Virus record (IMG/VR): IMGVR_UViG_3300017989_000204
Span: 1-41,236 of that record
Source: a virus
Lineage: Duplodnaviria > Caudoviricetes
DNA length: 41,236 bases
Reading direction: 5' to 3' (one strand)
This document shows positions 1-9,252 of the stretch, one piece after another. The notes under the pieces are model-generated. The model did no database searches, was not told the DNA's origin, and saw nothing but the letters and a program-made list of their open reading frames with translations. Every line of letters starts with the position of its first letter. Position 1 is the first letter of the stretch. The position numbers and the translations under genes were made by a program.

Positions 1-79
1 TCATTTGCGAGAAGTCTTGACGCAAGCCGCTGGCGTCTCCGCGAACCCGGAACAGTGCTTCACCGATGAGCAGACCCAT
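1..79 (-). CDS. Tail tape measure protein, N-terminus (runs off window edge)
   Basis: ATG at 79 immediately after the chaperone-extension stop; reads MGLLIGEALFRVRGDASGLRQDFSQM, resembling tape measure N-termini; canonical position after the tail assembly chaperone. Confidence 0.65.
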   Translation of the reverse strand, partial: MGLLIGEALFRVRGDASGLRQDFSQM

Positions 80-496
80 CTAACTTCTCCTCCGCCTCCG
101 GCGTTTCTTGGACTGGTTCTTCTCGACTTCCCTCTGCTGCTTCTGTTCCCACAGCATCTGAACCTTCGACTTCCCGCCGATCCTCGCACGAATCGGCGTG
201 CCGTCGGCAGCCCTGCCCGATGCCAGCCCGTCCTTGTCCACGGGCACGGTCTTCACCGTCCTCGTTCTTCCGCCCTGCCCCTTCAAGAACTTCTTGTCGG
301 TCAGCAGGAACAGCACCTGGTCGATCGTCATGTTCGCGACCGCTTCGATCGGGTGGCCCAACCCTCCGATCCAGGGATCGTCGGTCAACACCCGCAGGTC
401 GTACGGCCGCAAGCCGAACACCAGCCCGGCTGGAGGATCAACCGGCTCGCCCCCTTCCTCCTCTGTGCTCTTGGAGGCGAGCCCTAACCATTTCCC
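80..496 (-). CDS. Frameshifted C-terminal extension of tail assembly chaperone (gpGT-like)
   Basis: -1 frame is open from the slippery site (GKWLGLASK...PIEAVANMTIDQVLFLL...) to the stop at 80; sits between chaperone and tape measure genes. Confidence 0.7.
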   Translation of the reverse strand, partial: GKWLGLASKSTEEEGGEPVDPPAGLVFGLRPYDLRVLTDDPWIGGLGHPIEAVANMTIDQVLFLLTDKKFLKGQGGRTRTVKTVPVDKDGLASGRAADGTPIRARIGGKSKVQMLWEQKQQREVEKNQSKKRRRRRRS

Positions 497-1116
497 GACG
501 CCGGCGAACTCAACTCCTCGATCTGCCGGCTCGTGTCGGCCAGCAGGCTCGGGTTGTCTCCCAGGGCATCGATTACTTCTTCGCGGGTGACACCGTTCGG
601 CCGGAAGCAAAGCCAAACGAACGTGATCATCCCGTCGAACGAGCCCGTGATCCACCAGTTGACGTAGGGCACCTTTGCCTTCTTCGGCTCCTTGCTCGTC
701 AACTCCTTGTACTTTTTCTCGGAGAGCACGCCCTGGTCGAGGGCAGTGGTGACCAGCCGCTGCAGCCGCTCGTTGTCGGTCTTGCCTTCCAACTTCATCT
801 CGTTCTTGATCCAGTTCTTCAGCCCGGCCGTCAACTCGATCTGCCTCGGGTCGTAGGCCCACTTCGGCGGCAGGTCGTCGACGTCCCACCGGGCAGCTTC
901 CTCGATCTTCTCGCGAAGCATCTCGCTGCCTTCGGGCAGCAAGTCCAAGTTTTGCTGCCACGTTTCCAGGTAACTCCTGCGGTACCGCTGCAAGCAGTCC
1001 CGCTCGGCTTCAGTCAGTTCCCGGATGTTCAGCGGGCGGACGGTGCAATCCTTTCCCCCGATCTTCACGGTCGTGGATGAACCGGCACCGAGTGCCCTGG
1101 CCATGTCGTCAGGCAT
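484..1116 (-). CDS. Tail assembly chaperone (gpG-like)
   Basis: Start MPDDMARALG with GAGGG upstream; 'VKIGGKDCTVRPLNIREL' chaperone-like N-terminus; lies between tail tube and tape measure genes. Confidence 0.7.
   Translation of the reverse strand: MPDDMARALGAGSSTTVKIGGKDCTVRPLNIRELTEAERDCLQRYRRSYLETWQQNLDLLPEGSEMLREKIEEAARWDVDDLPPKWAYDPRQIELTAGLKNWIKNEMKLEGKTDNERLQRLVTTALDQGVLSEKKYKELTSKEPKKAKVPYVNWWITGSFDGMITFVWLCFRPNGVTREEVIDALGDNPSLLADTSRQIEELSSPASGNG
490..496 (-). promoter_or_regulatory. Programmed -1 ribosomal frameshift slippery heptamer G GGA AAT
   Basis: Minus strand reads TCG GGA AAT GGT TAG at the end of the chaperone ORF; XXXYYYZ pattern in the correct phase, similar to lambda G/GT GGGAAAG. 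Confidence 0.75.
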
Positions 1117-1157
1117 CGCTCTTCCCTCGCAGTTGGAGTAAGTTGTTGAAACGCTTC

Positions 1158-1379
1158 TCAGTTCTTCTTCTCGTGCAGATTGGACGCGACCGAGCCTTCG
1201 GGGGAGCGTTTGATGTAGCCCATGAGGGCAGCGATGCTCACAGGAAGGGTTTTCACTCGAGGAGAATCGGGGGAGGAAGGCTCCCGCCGCTTCCGCTCTG
1301 CAACACACGCAACGCACGGGCAGGACCGGAGCACGTGATGCTCGATCCTGTGAACCACGTTGATCTCGTCGTCTGTCAT
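1158..1379 (-). CDS. Hypothetical protein (73 aa, CxCxxC)
   Basis: Fills the gap between tail tube and chaperone; no family recognised. Confidence 0.4.
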   Translation of the reverse strand: MTDDEINVVHRIEHHVLRSCPCVACVAERKRREPSSPDSPRVKTLPVSIAALMGYIKRSPEGSVASNLHEKKN

Positions 1380-1398
1380 GCCAGTCCCAACCGATCAA

Positions 1399-1830
1399 CT
1401 ACGAGGGAAGCGACCTGCTGGTGGCACCGGATTGGCCGGGACGGTAGAAGATGCCGTCGGCACCCCAGTTGCTCGTCCACCCGATCACGTCCTCGGTGTC
1501 GATGTTCACCGTCAGGTTGAAGTCGTTGCACAGGGCTCTTGGGAAGTCCCAGTAGAGAGACGACGCATCGAGCCAGAGCACGCAGGCGGCGATGTCTTCC
1601 GGCTGGAACAAGTCGTAAACCTCGTCCGAGGTATCGAATTTTCCTTCGGCCGTGAAGGTGGCATCCCGGCGGCCGGCGGCCCGGTTCGTGTAGCCAGCGG
1701 AGTCCGAGTCGCCCCACTCGCTGGACGATGCCAGGGTCGGGTTGACGGCCCACTGGGTGACCCGTGCTACCAGCGTGTCGTCAACGACGAACTTGCCGTT
1801 GCGGCCGGTAAGGCTGTTTTCACTTGTCAT
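1399..1830 (-). CDS. Tail tube (major tail) protein
   Basis: 143 aa beta-rich protein with GRNGKF...W.VN...DSDSAGY...GRRDATFTAEG pattern like siphovirus tube proteins; synteny. Confidence 0.7.
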   Translation of the reverse strand: MTSENSLTGRNGKFVVDDTLVARVTQWAVNPTLASSSEWGDSDSAGYTNRAAGRRDATFTAEGKFDTSDEVYDLFQPEDIAACVLWLDASSLYWDFPRALCNDFNLTVNIDTEDVIGWTSNWGADGIFYRPGQSGATSRSLPS

Positions 1831-1849
1831 GGTATCAACTCCTTGTCAG

Positions 1850-2647
1850 TTAGGACTGGCTTGACAGACTGCTGGAAGATTCACTCGAGCTGGTCGACTG
1901 GCTGCTGGAACTGGTCGACTGGCTTGAACTCGATTGACTGCTCGACGAGAAGCTCGACTGGCTGCTGGTCGAGACGCTGCTCGAACTGGTCGAAATGCTG
2001 GACGTCGACTGGCTGCTCGAACTGCTGCTCGTGCTGCTCGAAGACACGCTGCTCGAAGACACGCTGCTCGAACTGCTCGAGGTGGATTCTGCGTCGTCGT
2101 CGCGGGCGAAGATGTAGATCGAATAAGTGACCGATCCGCCCGATGCCCGGCAGGTGATTCGGTGGCTGCTGTCGGGATCGACGTCGAAACCATCGGTCGC
2201 CGGCTGTGCCATGAACAGCACGCCCCCACCCCGCAATGCTCCCCCGTTTGCCACCGTGTGGCTTCCGATCGGGTCCCAGCCCTCGGACGACGACGGGAAC
2301 ACTTCCAACTGCCCTGCCGCCGTGACAGCGTTCTCGTTGACGATGGCGATGGCCACGATTTCCTGGAACACGATGTCCTGTCCGAGGGCATCCAAGCCGG
2401 CCCCTGCTCCGATGTCCACGCCGGACATGTCGTAAAGATCGAACGTGTCCTGGTGGGTATTCTCCAAGGTCCTGTTTTCGCTCATCCATGAACGGTTTGC
2501 TTGATCGACCCCGATCCCGGACGCGAGTGTCTTGGCATAGCTCAAATCAGGCGATGCCACGCTCGGCATGGATGCGTCGGTGAGCGTGTTCCGGAGGGTT
2601 CCGACCATCTTCAGCGTGAGTTTTGAACCGCTGATGCTTCGTCCCAT
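1850..2647 (-). CDS. Probable virion structural protein with long poly-Ser C-terminal tail
   Basis: About 185 aa beta-rich domain followed by about 80 aa Ser-rich tract; in the tail operon. Confidence 0.7.
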   Translation of the reverse strand: MGRSISGSKLTLKMVGTLRNTLTDASMPSVASPDLSYAKTLASGIGVDQANRSWMSENRTLENTHQDTFDLYDMSGVDIGAGAGLDALGQDIVFQEIVAIAIVNENAVTAAGQLEVFPSSSEGWDPIGSHTVANGGALRGGGVLFMAQPATDGFDVDPDSSHRITCRASGGSVTYSIYIFARDDDAESTSSSSSSVSSSSVSSSSTSSSSSSQSTSSISTSSSSVSTSSQSSFSSSSQSSSSQSTSSSSQSTSSSESSSSLSSQS

Positions 2648-2656
2648 GATTTTCTC

Positions 2657-3136
2657 CTACACCATGACTGGTACATCGATTCGGATGTTGTATTCGACCG
2701 TCCACTGGTACTCGTCGTCCCCGATCCTGGTACCGTAGTCGGTCACGTACTGGACGATCAGCACGTTGCCGTTGTCCAAGGACAGGCCGTCCGGAGCATC
2801 GGTCGGGTGTCCTCCGTAAACCTTCATCAACTCTTCGGCCAAGTACGCTGCGATCTGCTTGGCCGACCGGCTGTCCCCGTCAACCACTCCCGCGAACACG
2901 TGCAGCGTCTGTCCGACGTCCCTGATCTGCCTCTTGCCGGTCGAGGCGGACATCCTGGTGGCCACGCTGGTGGTCGGCAACTCCATCACGCAATACGGAT
3001 AGGTAGTTCCGGGTTCCTGTTCTTGTTCGAGCAGCACCGGCAGCGATCCTCCCAAGCCGGTGAACTCGTCGTTCAACCCGGAAGCGTTCCACCGGGCAAC
3101 GATTGCTTTCTGGATGTCGGCTGATGCGATGCTCAC
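2657..3136 (-). CDS. Tail terminator / tail completion protein
   Basis: IQKAIVARW...YPYCVM...TLHVFA...YNIRI pattern; position before the tail tube. Confidence 0.65.
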   Translation of the reverse strand: MSIASADIQKAIVARWNASGLNDEFTGLGGSLPVLLEQEQEPGTTYPYCVMELPTTSVATRMSASTGKRQIRDVGQTLHVFAGVVDGDSRSAKQIAAYLAEELMKVYGGHPTDAPDGLSLDNGNVLIVQYVTDYGTRIGDDEYQWTVEYNIRIDVPVMV

Positions 3137-3612
3137 TTGATCGGCCCGTCGATGATCCTGCGGATGTTTGCCATGTTTTCTTTCACCGTCCTGGCCAGGA
3201 ACGACCTGTCGAGCCTCTTGCTCGTCTCCAAGATCAACCCGTACTTGAGCGGCGTTCCGATGTAACCGTCGGAAATGCTCTCGCTGACTTTCCTCACTTC
3301 CTCGAAGATCGTTTTCCGCAGCAGGGTTGTGTCAGCCTTCGGGTACTCGCCCTTCTTGGACCTGTTCGTGACCACGATCCGTCCGGTTCTGGGACTGGTC
3401 ATCTTTGTTACCGGCCGGCTGATGTTCCTCACCACTTGGTCCTTGACGAACGAGGTAGCCATCCTCACCCGCTGGAACACGCTCAACTGGATCTTCTGGC
3501 TCACTTCGTCGATGAACCACTTGATCTCAACGTTTCTCTCCGCATTCCTGGCTGCCCTTCTTTCCCGGGTAGCCAGGACCGCTGCAGACGGCATTCCCTT
3601 GGTAGCGGGCAT
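3133..3612 (-). CDS. Neck/tail component, HK97 gp10-like
   Basis: SKKGEYPKADTTLLRKTI...IGTPLKYGLILE...RSFL motif set. Start moved to MPATKG (3612) to remove overlap with the upstream gene. Confidence 0.7.
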   Translation of the reverse strand: MPATKGMPSAAVLATRERRAARNAERNVEIKWFIDEVSQKIQLSVFQRVRMATSFVKDQVVRNISRPVTKMTSPRTGRIVVTNRSKKGEYPKADTTLLRKTIFEEVRKVSESISDGYIGTPLKYGLILETSKRLDRSFLARTVKENMANIRRIIDGPIK

Positions 3613-3613
3613 T

Positions 3614-4225
3614 TCATCCACCAACCTTGCGGAGGTTTTCGACGTACTCGGGCATGTCCTTCTCGAACTGCGGCTGGCTGTTTGGGATGCGCGCACCGGG
3701 GTTGAGCAGGTAGTTTCCGGGCATCTCGTTGATGTCTTCGAGATCGGGCTTGATTCCCTTGACCATCCTGGCCTCGCCGGCTTCGATGATGTTGAGCAGT
3801 TCCCGGCAAAGCGTCTTCATCCGGTGAACGTCGAGCGTGCCCTTCTGCGGAGCAACCCCGCGAAGCTCGCCCGACACCGGCATCCCGGAGGCTTCCATCC
3901 GTTGCTGAAGAATTTCCATCAATTCTTCGTCCTCGTACAGCGGGTCCTCGATCACGTACGTGAGCTTCTCGGGATTGACATGCAGCTTCATCCCGGGCAG
4001 CGGTGGCAGTTGTCCGAGGGCAGTCGCTTGATCGCGGGGTACCATCGGAAACCGCCGGCGCTCCTCGTTGTCCTTGGCACTCGGGTGCACCGGCTTGTTG
4101 GCACCGATGGCCGACCGCAGCTTGCAACCAGGGATCGACTGGATGAGCAAGTCGCTGTTTCTCGGGTGATCGGCTTCGATCCCGAACGGTGGCAAGCTGG
4201 CAGCAGTTTCTTTCGTCGTTGGCAT
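3614..4225 (-). CDS. Hypothetical protein downstream of major capsid
   Basis: 203 aa ORF with GAGG RBS and backbone-like codon usage. Confidence 0.7.
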   Translation of the reverse strand: MPTTKETAASLPPFGIEADHPRNSDLLIQSIPGCKLRSAIGANKPVHPSAKDNEERRRFPMVPRDQATALGQLPPLPGMKLHVNPEKLTYVIEDPLYEDEELMEILQQRMEASGMPVSGELRGVAPQKGTLDVHRMKTLCRELLNIIEAGEARMVKGIKPDLEDINEMPGNYLLNPGARIPNSQPQFEKDMPEYVENLRKVGG

Positions 4226-4256
4226 TGGTTCATTCCTCGCAGCGGTTCTTCAAGGG

Positions 4257-4301
4257 AAAATAGCCGCCCCGGCAGTGAAGAACCGAACCTGCCGAGGCGG
4301 C
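4257..4301 (-). terminator. Rho-independent terminator-like hairpin after major capsid gene
   Basis: GCCGCCTCGGCAG...CTGCCGGGGCGGC stem followed by TATTTT on the minus strand. Confidence 0.55.
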
Positions 4302-4347
4302 GCTGCGGGGAATACGATGTTGGCCCCTTCCCCACCGGGGCTCGGGC

Positions 4348-5943
4348 TTACGCAGGAGCCGTTGTGGTGACGGCGGCGCATGCCCCTCTCTCGAGCTGTC
4401 CACCGTAGCGGGCCATCGCCACGATGAGCATCTCGTTTCGCCGGATGAGCGTGTCGCCCTCCGTGCTGGTCCGGATGGCCAAACCCTTCCGGCGGTACAT
4501 CCGGTAGCGGGCCAAGATGCAATAGAAAATCTGCTGGTTGGACAGACTTCCATTGATCTTGTACGGCCGCTGCATGATGCTGTAATCGTCGTAGGTGCCG
4601 ACGTTGGTCGACCCTCCGGCGAACAGCCGGCGAGCATCGGCGGTGCCGACGTTGAGGGACTTGACCCTCTGGTAGCTCGTCTCGGTGCCGCAGAAGACTG
4701 CGGACGCCCTGACGTTCGGCCGGTGTTCCGACTTGGCAACACCGAACCGAAGGGACTCGTAGTTGCCGATGCTGGTCGCACCGCCGAAGTTGACCGACGT
4801 GGTGCCGGACTTGTTGATGATGCCCTCGGGCTGGGTCGTCCCGTTTCCGACGGCGATCACGTCGTCCAAGTCCTCCAGCAACCGTTCACCGTACTGGGCA
4901 GTGATGTGGGCACCGAAGTCGATCGGCGTGTCGGACAGGAAGTCCAAGCCGATCCGCACCGCGCCTTCCCACCGGTAGATGGTGGTGTCGAAAGCGGACA
5001 CGTAACTCGCCGTGTTGAACAGCGAGACAGCCGTGTCATCCACGCCACCCCAGGAGGCCGTGACCGTGCCGGTTGCCACACCCTCGATCCGGCGGCCCCG
5101 ATCGATCGTCTTGGTCGTGACCAGCGGGTACAGCTCGCCATAGAGCAACGGCGTGGTGATGACCTGGTCGTCGAACACGATCGGGGCGGCTTCCAGGCCG
5201 CCGCTGGTCGAGTCGTCGATCAGGGCTTTCAGGCCACCGGTGTAGCCCTTCTGCGACCGCGTCCGCTCGTTTGCCGACGCGTCCCACATCTCGTCCTCGG
5301 CCAGCGTCTGGAGCAACGACTTCTCGTGCTCGGACAGCTTCTCGAAGGCCCGGTCGGGCGAACCGGCCAGCTTCGGCGTGGCGCACAAGATCTGGTACTT
5401 GGCCCAAACTCCTGCCAACGCCTTGTCGGCCTCGCTCGGCTCGTCGATGTTCCGGTCGCAATCCGAAACGAGCTTGCCGGCCAACGGGTGGGGACGCCCG
5501 GCCTTGGTCGTCTCCGGATACACCATTCCCTTGCGGGAACGGTCGTAGTTCTCGACCGCCGCCTTGACGCGGGGGGCATTCTCGGTCCCGCCGCTCATGC
5601 CGGCGATCTTCCTGCCCATCTCAGACGATCCCTTCGTCTTGGGCTTGGTGGACTTCGGAGGAGTTTCCGGCTCATCCTCCTCTTCCTCCTCTTCCTCGGT
5701 TTCGGACTTGATGATCGACTTGGTGAGGGTTTCGATCGAGTCGGCCAAGCGGTCGAACCGCTTGGTGAACTCGTCGGCCTCGTCGTCGTCCTCGTCCTTG
5801 ATCAACTCGGCGTACTTCGCCGCCGTCAGCTCGCCGCTCACAAGTGCGTCAGCAGCGGCCTTCGTGAACTCGTCGTCCTCGGCATCGATTTCGATGTCGC
5901 AGTTCTTGACGAGCCACGTCTTGAGCATCTGGGTGACTTTCAT
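4348..5943 (-). CDS. Major capsid protein (HK97 fold) with long N-terminal scaffold/delta region
   Basis: LKALIDDSTSGGLEAAP, FLSDTPIDF, DDVIAVGNGTTQPEGII and ARYGG motifs; follows the prohead protease. Confidence 0.9.
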   Translation of the reverse strand: MKVTQMLKTWLVKNCDIEIDAEDDEFTKAAADALVSGELTAAKYAELIKDEDDDEADEFTKRFDRLADSIETLTKSIIKSETEEEEEEEDEPETPPKSTKPKTKGSSEMGRKIAGMSGGTENAPRVKAAVENYDRSRKGMVYPETTKAGRPHPLAGKLVSDCDRNIDEPSEADKALAGVWAKYQILCATPKLAGSPDRAFEKLSEHEKSLLQTLAEDEMWDASANERTRSQKGYTGGLKALIDDSTSGGLEAAPIVFDDQVITTPLLYGELYPLVTTKTIDRGRRIEGVATGTVTASWGGVDDTAVSLFNTASYVSAFDTTIYRWEGAVRIGLDFLSDTPIDFGAHITAQYGERLLEDLDDVIAVGNGTTQPEGIINKSGTTSVNFGGATSIGNYESLRFGVAKSEHRPNVRASAVFCGTETSYQRVKSLNVGTADARRLFAGGSTNVGTYDDYSIMQRPYKINGSLSNQQIFYCILARYRMYRRKGLAIRTSTEGDTLIRRNEMLIVAMARYGGQLERGACAAVTTTAPA

Positions 5944-5969
5944 GGTCTGTCCTTTCGGTCACGGGGTGC

Positions 5970-7871
5970 TCATTCACTCAGACCGCCACGACCTTCGCAG
6001 CGTGTCAACTCCTTGAAGCGCTTGGTGCGCTTGTTTCGCCTGTCGATGTCCTCCAGCGTTTGGAGCACTTCCGACATCCGCTTTCTCTCTTCCGGTCCCG
6101 CTTCGGAGATGAACAGGGCAGCCGCAGCCTTCACGTCCAACTCCTGTTCACCCGCTTTTCCTTCGCCGCCCAGCGTTCCGACTACCGCGTCGAGGCTGGA
6201 GTAAGCCGAATGAATCAGCACTCTCAGTGGACGGGCCAACTCAGGGGTGTTGTGAGCTTCCCGAAGATCGGCCAGGGCCTCGCGGATCTTCGACTCGTTG
6301 GCTCGGGACAGCACCCGGCCGGCCTTCTCGCCGTTCGGCTCGGCATCCTTCTTGGGTTTCTTTTCGTCGTCAGGAGGGCTTCGGAACGACTCGGGGAACA
6401 CGGACGACATGTCGGCCTTGCATTCCGGGCACTTGTACCCGCCGTCGCCCCGACCCGGCGACCAGTAGTTCATCGGTGCAGTGTAGCCGCACTTCGGGCA
6501 CTTGACGTTCTTGCCCTTGGCCCTCTGCTGCTGTTCCTGTTCCGCCTCGGTGGCCTTCTCGCCGTTCGGCTCGGCATCTTTCATCGGCTCCTTGGCAGCC
6601 GGCAACTCGGCTCCGCAGTCCTGGCACTTGCCGTCCTTGATGTTCGTGCTGCCGCACTTCGGGCACTTCACTTTCTCGTCACCGGACGATCCCTCTCCTC
6701 CGTCTTCTGCTTTTCGTCCACCGCCATCGGCTTCTTTTGATGCGTCGGCTGCTCCCTTTTCTCCTCCGCTTCCGCCCGCCTCAGTTCTTGGCTCGTCCTC
6801 ATGATTCCCCTCCTCTTCGGTTACGCCGATCAAGCCGGCGTCGACCGCCGACTTCAGATCGGACAGGCTCGTGCATTGCAACTCCCGCTGGTAGTCGCCC
6901 AGCCGCTCGCGGAACTTGATTCCCGGCACGGCGACCTGCGTCTTCTGCTTCGTCCGGACTTGGCGGCCAAACTCCTTCATCACGGGCGACGTGAGCTTGC
7001 CACCTTCGACCAACGAGAGCAGAACCTCTTCAGTCTGGGCATCCGGGTTCGCCGGCACGCTGACCAGCGACTCCTCCATGATCTCGGCCCGGTGGATCTC
7101 GAATCCGCCCGACTCCTTGCCGCTCTTCGACTTCCGCTTCTCGAAGTCGAGTGCCCGGAACCCGTGGCTGAACCGGCCCATGCCGTTGTCGACCATCACG
7201 GCCGCGTCGTGGGTCGTCTCGTTCATGTCGATGATCGTCGAGACCACCGAGATCGACTTCTCGTTCTGGTCGTAGGTGTAAATGTACTTGCCGATGGGCA
7301 TCGTGTGGACGTGCTGCCAGAGCAGCAGCATCTTCGGGTCCAGTTCCATGCCCATCGCGTGGAGGATGTCCCGGTCCCGGTCCTCCGTCGTGGTAGTCAA
7401 CTTGTGCCGGAAGACCATCAGCGTGTTCTTCGGCAACTCGGTCCCGTCTGGAGCCCCTTCCATCATGGCCTTGAACCGCGAAGCCGTCGCCGTGGCTTCC
7501 TCCAGCACCATGTCGTCGTTGGAGTAGACCAGCGTTTCAGATGCCTTCTGCACCAGGTCGTCGAACGACTGCTGGCGGCTGGACATGTGCTTGTAACAAG
7601 CATCCAACCCGATGGCGTCGGCCAGGCCCTTGACGTACCGGTCGGCCGTGAGGATGCCGCGGCCGAACGGGGTCTGTTTCTTGCTGCGTTGGCGGATGGC
7701 TGCCAACAGTTGTTCGTTGGGTGTCATGCTCTTTCCTCTCCATTGAGAATAGCAGATAGCTGCCCGCTGCTTGCCATCCTTGTACTCACTCGCCATGACC
7801 GGATCAGCCATGCAGCGGGCGATGAAAGCGTCTTTCGACTCGTTCGTTTTCGGCTTCGGGATCGGCATCAT
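5970..7871 (-). CDS. HK97-family prohead protease with Zn-ribbon-containing C-terminal extension
   Basis: DRDRDIL, LLWQH..PIGK, FSHGF and EESLVSVPANPDA protease motifs; N-terminal PIPKP..ESKDAFIARCM domain; CPKCG..CQDC and CPKCG..CPEC. Confidence 0.9.
   Translation of the reverse strand: MMPIPKPKTNESKDAFIARCMADPVMASEYKDGKQRAAICYSQWRGKSMTPNEQLLAAIRQRSKKQTPFGRGILTADRYVKGLADAIGLDACYKHMSSRQQSFDDLVQKASETLVYSNDDMVLEEATATASRFKAMMEGAPDGTELPKNTLMVFRHKLTTTTEDRDRDILHAMGMELDPKMLLLWQHVHTMPIGKYIYTYDQNEKSISVVSTIIDMNETTHDAAVMVDNGMGRFSHGFRALDFEKRKSKSGKESGGFEIHRAEIMEESLVSVPANPDAQTEEVLLSLVEGGKLTSPVMKEFGRQVRTKQKTQVAVPGIKFRERLGDYQRELQCTSLSDLKSAVDAGLIGVTEEEGNHEDEPRTEAGGSGGEKGAADASKEADGGGRKAEDGGEGSSGDEKVKCPKCGSTNIKDGKCQDCGAELPAAKEPMKDAEPNGEKATEAEQEQQQRAKGKNVKCPKCGYTAPMNYWSPGRGDGGYKCPECKADMSSVFPESFRSPPDDEKKPKKDAEPNGEKAGRVLSRANESKIREALADLREAHNTPELARPLRVLIHSAYSSLDAVVGTLGGEGKAGEQELDVKAAAALFISEAGPEERKRMSEVLQTLEDIDRRNKRTKRFKELTRCEGRGGLSE
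6321..6578. repeat. 27-bp direct repeat (6321-6347 and 6552-6578) encoding DAEPNGEKA, flanking the second Zn ribbon
   Basis: ggccttctcgccgttcggctcggcatc occurs twice. Confidence 0.85.
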
Positions 7872-8161
7872 CCATCGACCCTGCGGCAGGCAGTGGCATC
7901 GATGACCACTACCTGCTCGACGGCCTTCTTGTCGCCCGGCTCGATCTTGCCCATCCAGGCAATCAGCGAGCCGATGTCGACTTGATCGGACCCCTTCGGC
8001 ACCTTAACCCTGGCAACGGCCTTGTTGCGGCTGACGTCCAGCCGCTTCATGGCGTTCCAGGTGGCGGTCTTCAGGGACTTGACTTGGTCGATCGATCCGA
8101 GCTTGATCAGCCGGATCACGTTGTTGAACTGCCCTGCGGGCAGGTGTTTTTCAACAGGCAT
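7868..8161 (-). CDS. Hypothetical protein (97 aa)
   Basis: GGAG RBS; ATGA-coupled to the protease gene. Confidence 0.6.
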   Translation of the reverse strand: MPVEKHLPAGQFNNVIRLIKLGSIDQVKSLKTATWNAMKRLDVSRNKAVARVKVPKGSDQVDIGSLIAWMGKIEPGDKKAVEQVVVIDATACRRVDG

Positions 8162-8178
8162 TCATCTGTCCTCCGATT

Positions 8179-8901
8179 CTAGGACTGGCTGGACCAGCTC
8201 GAGGAACTGGTCGACTGGCTGCTGCTCGAGGTCGAGATGCTCGACTGGCTCGACTCGCTCGTGCTGCTGGCGCTGCTCGATTCACTCGACCAGGACGAGC
8301 TCGAAACGCTGGAGCTGGTCGACTGGCTGCTGCTCGAGGTCGAGATGCTCGACTGGCTCGACTCGCTGCTCGAACTGGTCGACTGGCTCGACAAGCTGGA
8401 CAAGCTCGACTGGCTGGAGCTGGAGAAGCTCGACGGGCTGCTGGAACTGGCCGAGCTGCTGGAGCTGGACGACTGGCTGGAACTGGACGAGCTGCTGGAA
8501 CTCGAGCCGGACGACTGGCTCGACACGCTCGACTGGCTGGAGCTGCTCTGGCTGCTCGATGTGCTGGAGCTGCTCGAGCTCAGGTCTTCCATCGAGAGAA
8601 TGCTCAAGCGGTCGCCAGAACGGGGACCCGGGAACTGGGTGTCGCCCGTGTGGAAGTTGAGGATGTCCGGATCGGACTCTTCCCCGGTCGTCTTCGTGTC
8701 AACCAGCTTCGCCTGCCAGATGCGGGAACCCGGCAGGGACACGCTGACTTCGGTGGCAGCAGCCCCGGCGTCGGCATCGTGCTGGGCCGCAGGAGCCGAA
8801 TCATCTCCGGCTACCATGTGGCGGGTGATCGTGAGTTGGCGGGAAGCCAGTCCGTTTGCAGGACCCAAGTAGAACGTGACATTCTTGCCCATTGTGTTCA
8901 T
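8179..8901 (-). CDS. Probable virion protein: small beta domain plus very long poly-Ser tail
   Basis: About 105 aa globular N-terminus then about 130 aa Ser-rich tract containing an internal duplicated segment (about 8207-8259 and 8315-8367). Start may be 8892. Confidence 0.7.
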   Translation of the reverse strand: MNTMGKNVTFYLGPANGLASRQLTITRHMVAGDDSAPAAQHDADAGAAATEVSVSLPGSRIWQAKLVDTKTTGEESDPDILNFHTGDTQFPGPRSGDRLSILSMEDLSSSSSSTSSSQSSSSQSSVSSQSSGSSSSSSSSSSQSSSSSSSASSSSPSSFSSSSQSSLSSLSSQSTSSSSESSQSSISTSSSSQSTSSSVSSSSWSSESSSASSTSESSQSSISTSSSSQSTSSSSWSSQS

Positions 8902-8904
8902 CCC

Positions 8905-8948
8905 AAAAAAGAGATTGCGGTTGAATCGAAAACGCCGCAGTCTCTTTT
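8905..8948. terminator. Possible bidirectional intrinsic terminator
   Basis: AAAAAA-GAGATTGCGG...CCGCAGTCTC-TTTT inverted repeat with T tracts on both strands, in an AT-richer intergenic gap. Confidence 0.55.
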
Positions 8949-9012
8949 GAGCACCTAGACGTTCTGAACGTCTTCAGTATACAAACGGTGCAAACACAAT
9001 GAAACAGCAATT

Positions 9013-9252
9013 TCAGCTGACCACGCGGCCTGTACTCCTGGAAACCCCGTTCGGCCGCTCAAAAGAATCCGAGTAGACCCGGCAGTGGTTCAGCTTGCCC
9101 CGGCAACCATGAACTTCGATTCTGAGAGTGAAGTCCTTGTTCTCGGCCATTGCTTCGGTGAACTCGCGGTCGAACTTGGCCATCCCCCGCAGAAAGATGG
9201 CCAAGTCCTCGTCGCTCTTCAGCACATCCCGGTAGCCGTTTGGCTTGCTCAC
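9013..9252 (-). CDS. Hypothetical protein
   Basis: GTG start overlapping the upstream stop (GTGA); SKPNGYRDVLKSDEDL... Confidence 0.55.
   Translation of the reverse strand: MSKPNGYRDVLKSDEDLAIFLRGMAKFDREFTEAMAENKDFTLRIEVHGCRGKLNHCRVYSDSFERPNGVSRSTGRVVS

Noticed and set aside
8237-8872. Plus-strand Leu/Asp/Trp-rich ORF (211 aa)
   Set aside because: Antisense shadow of the poly-Ser repeat.
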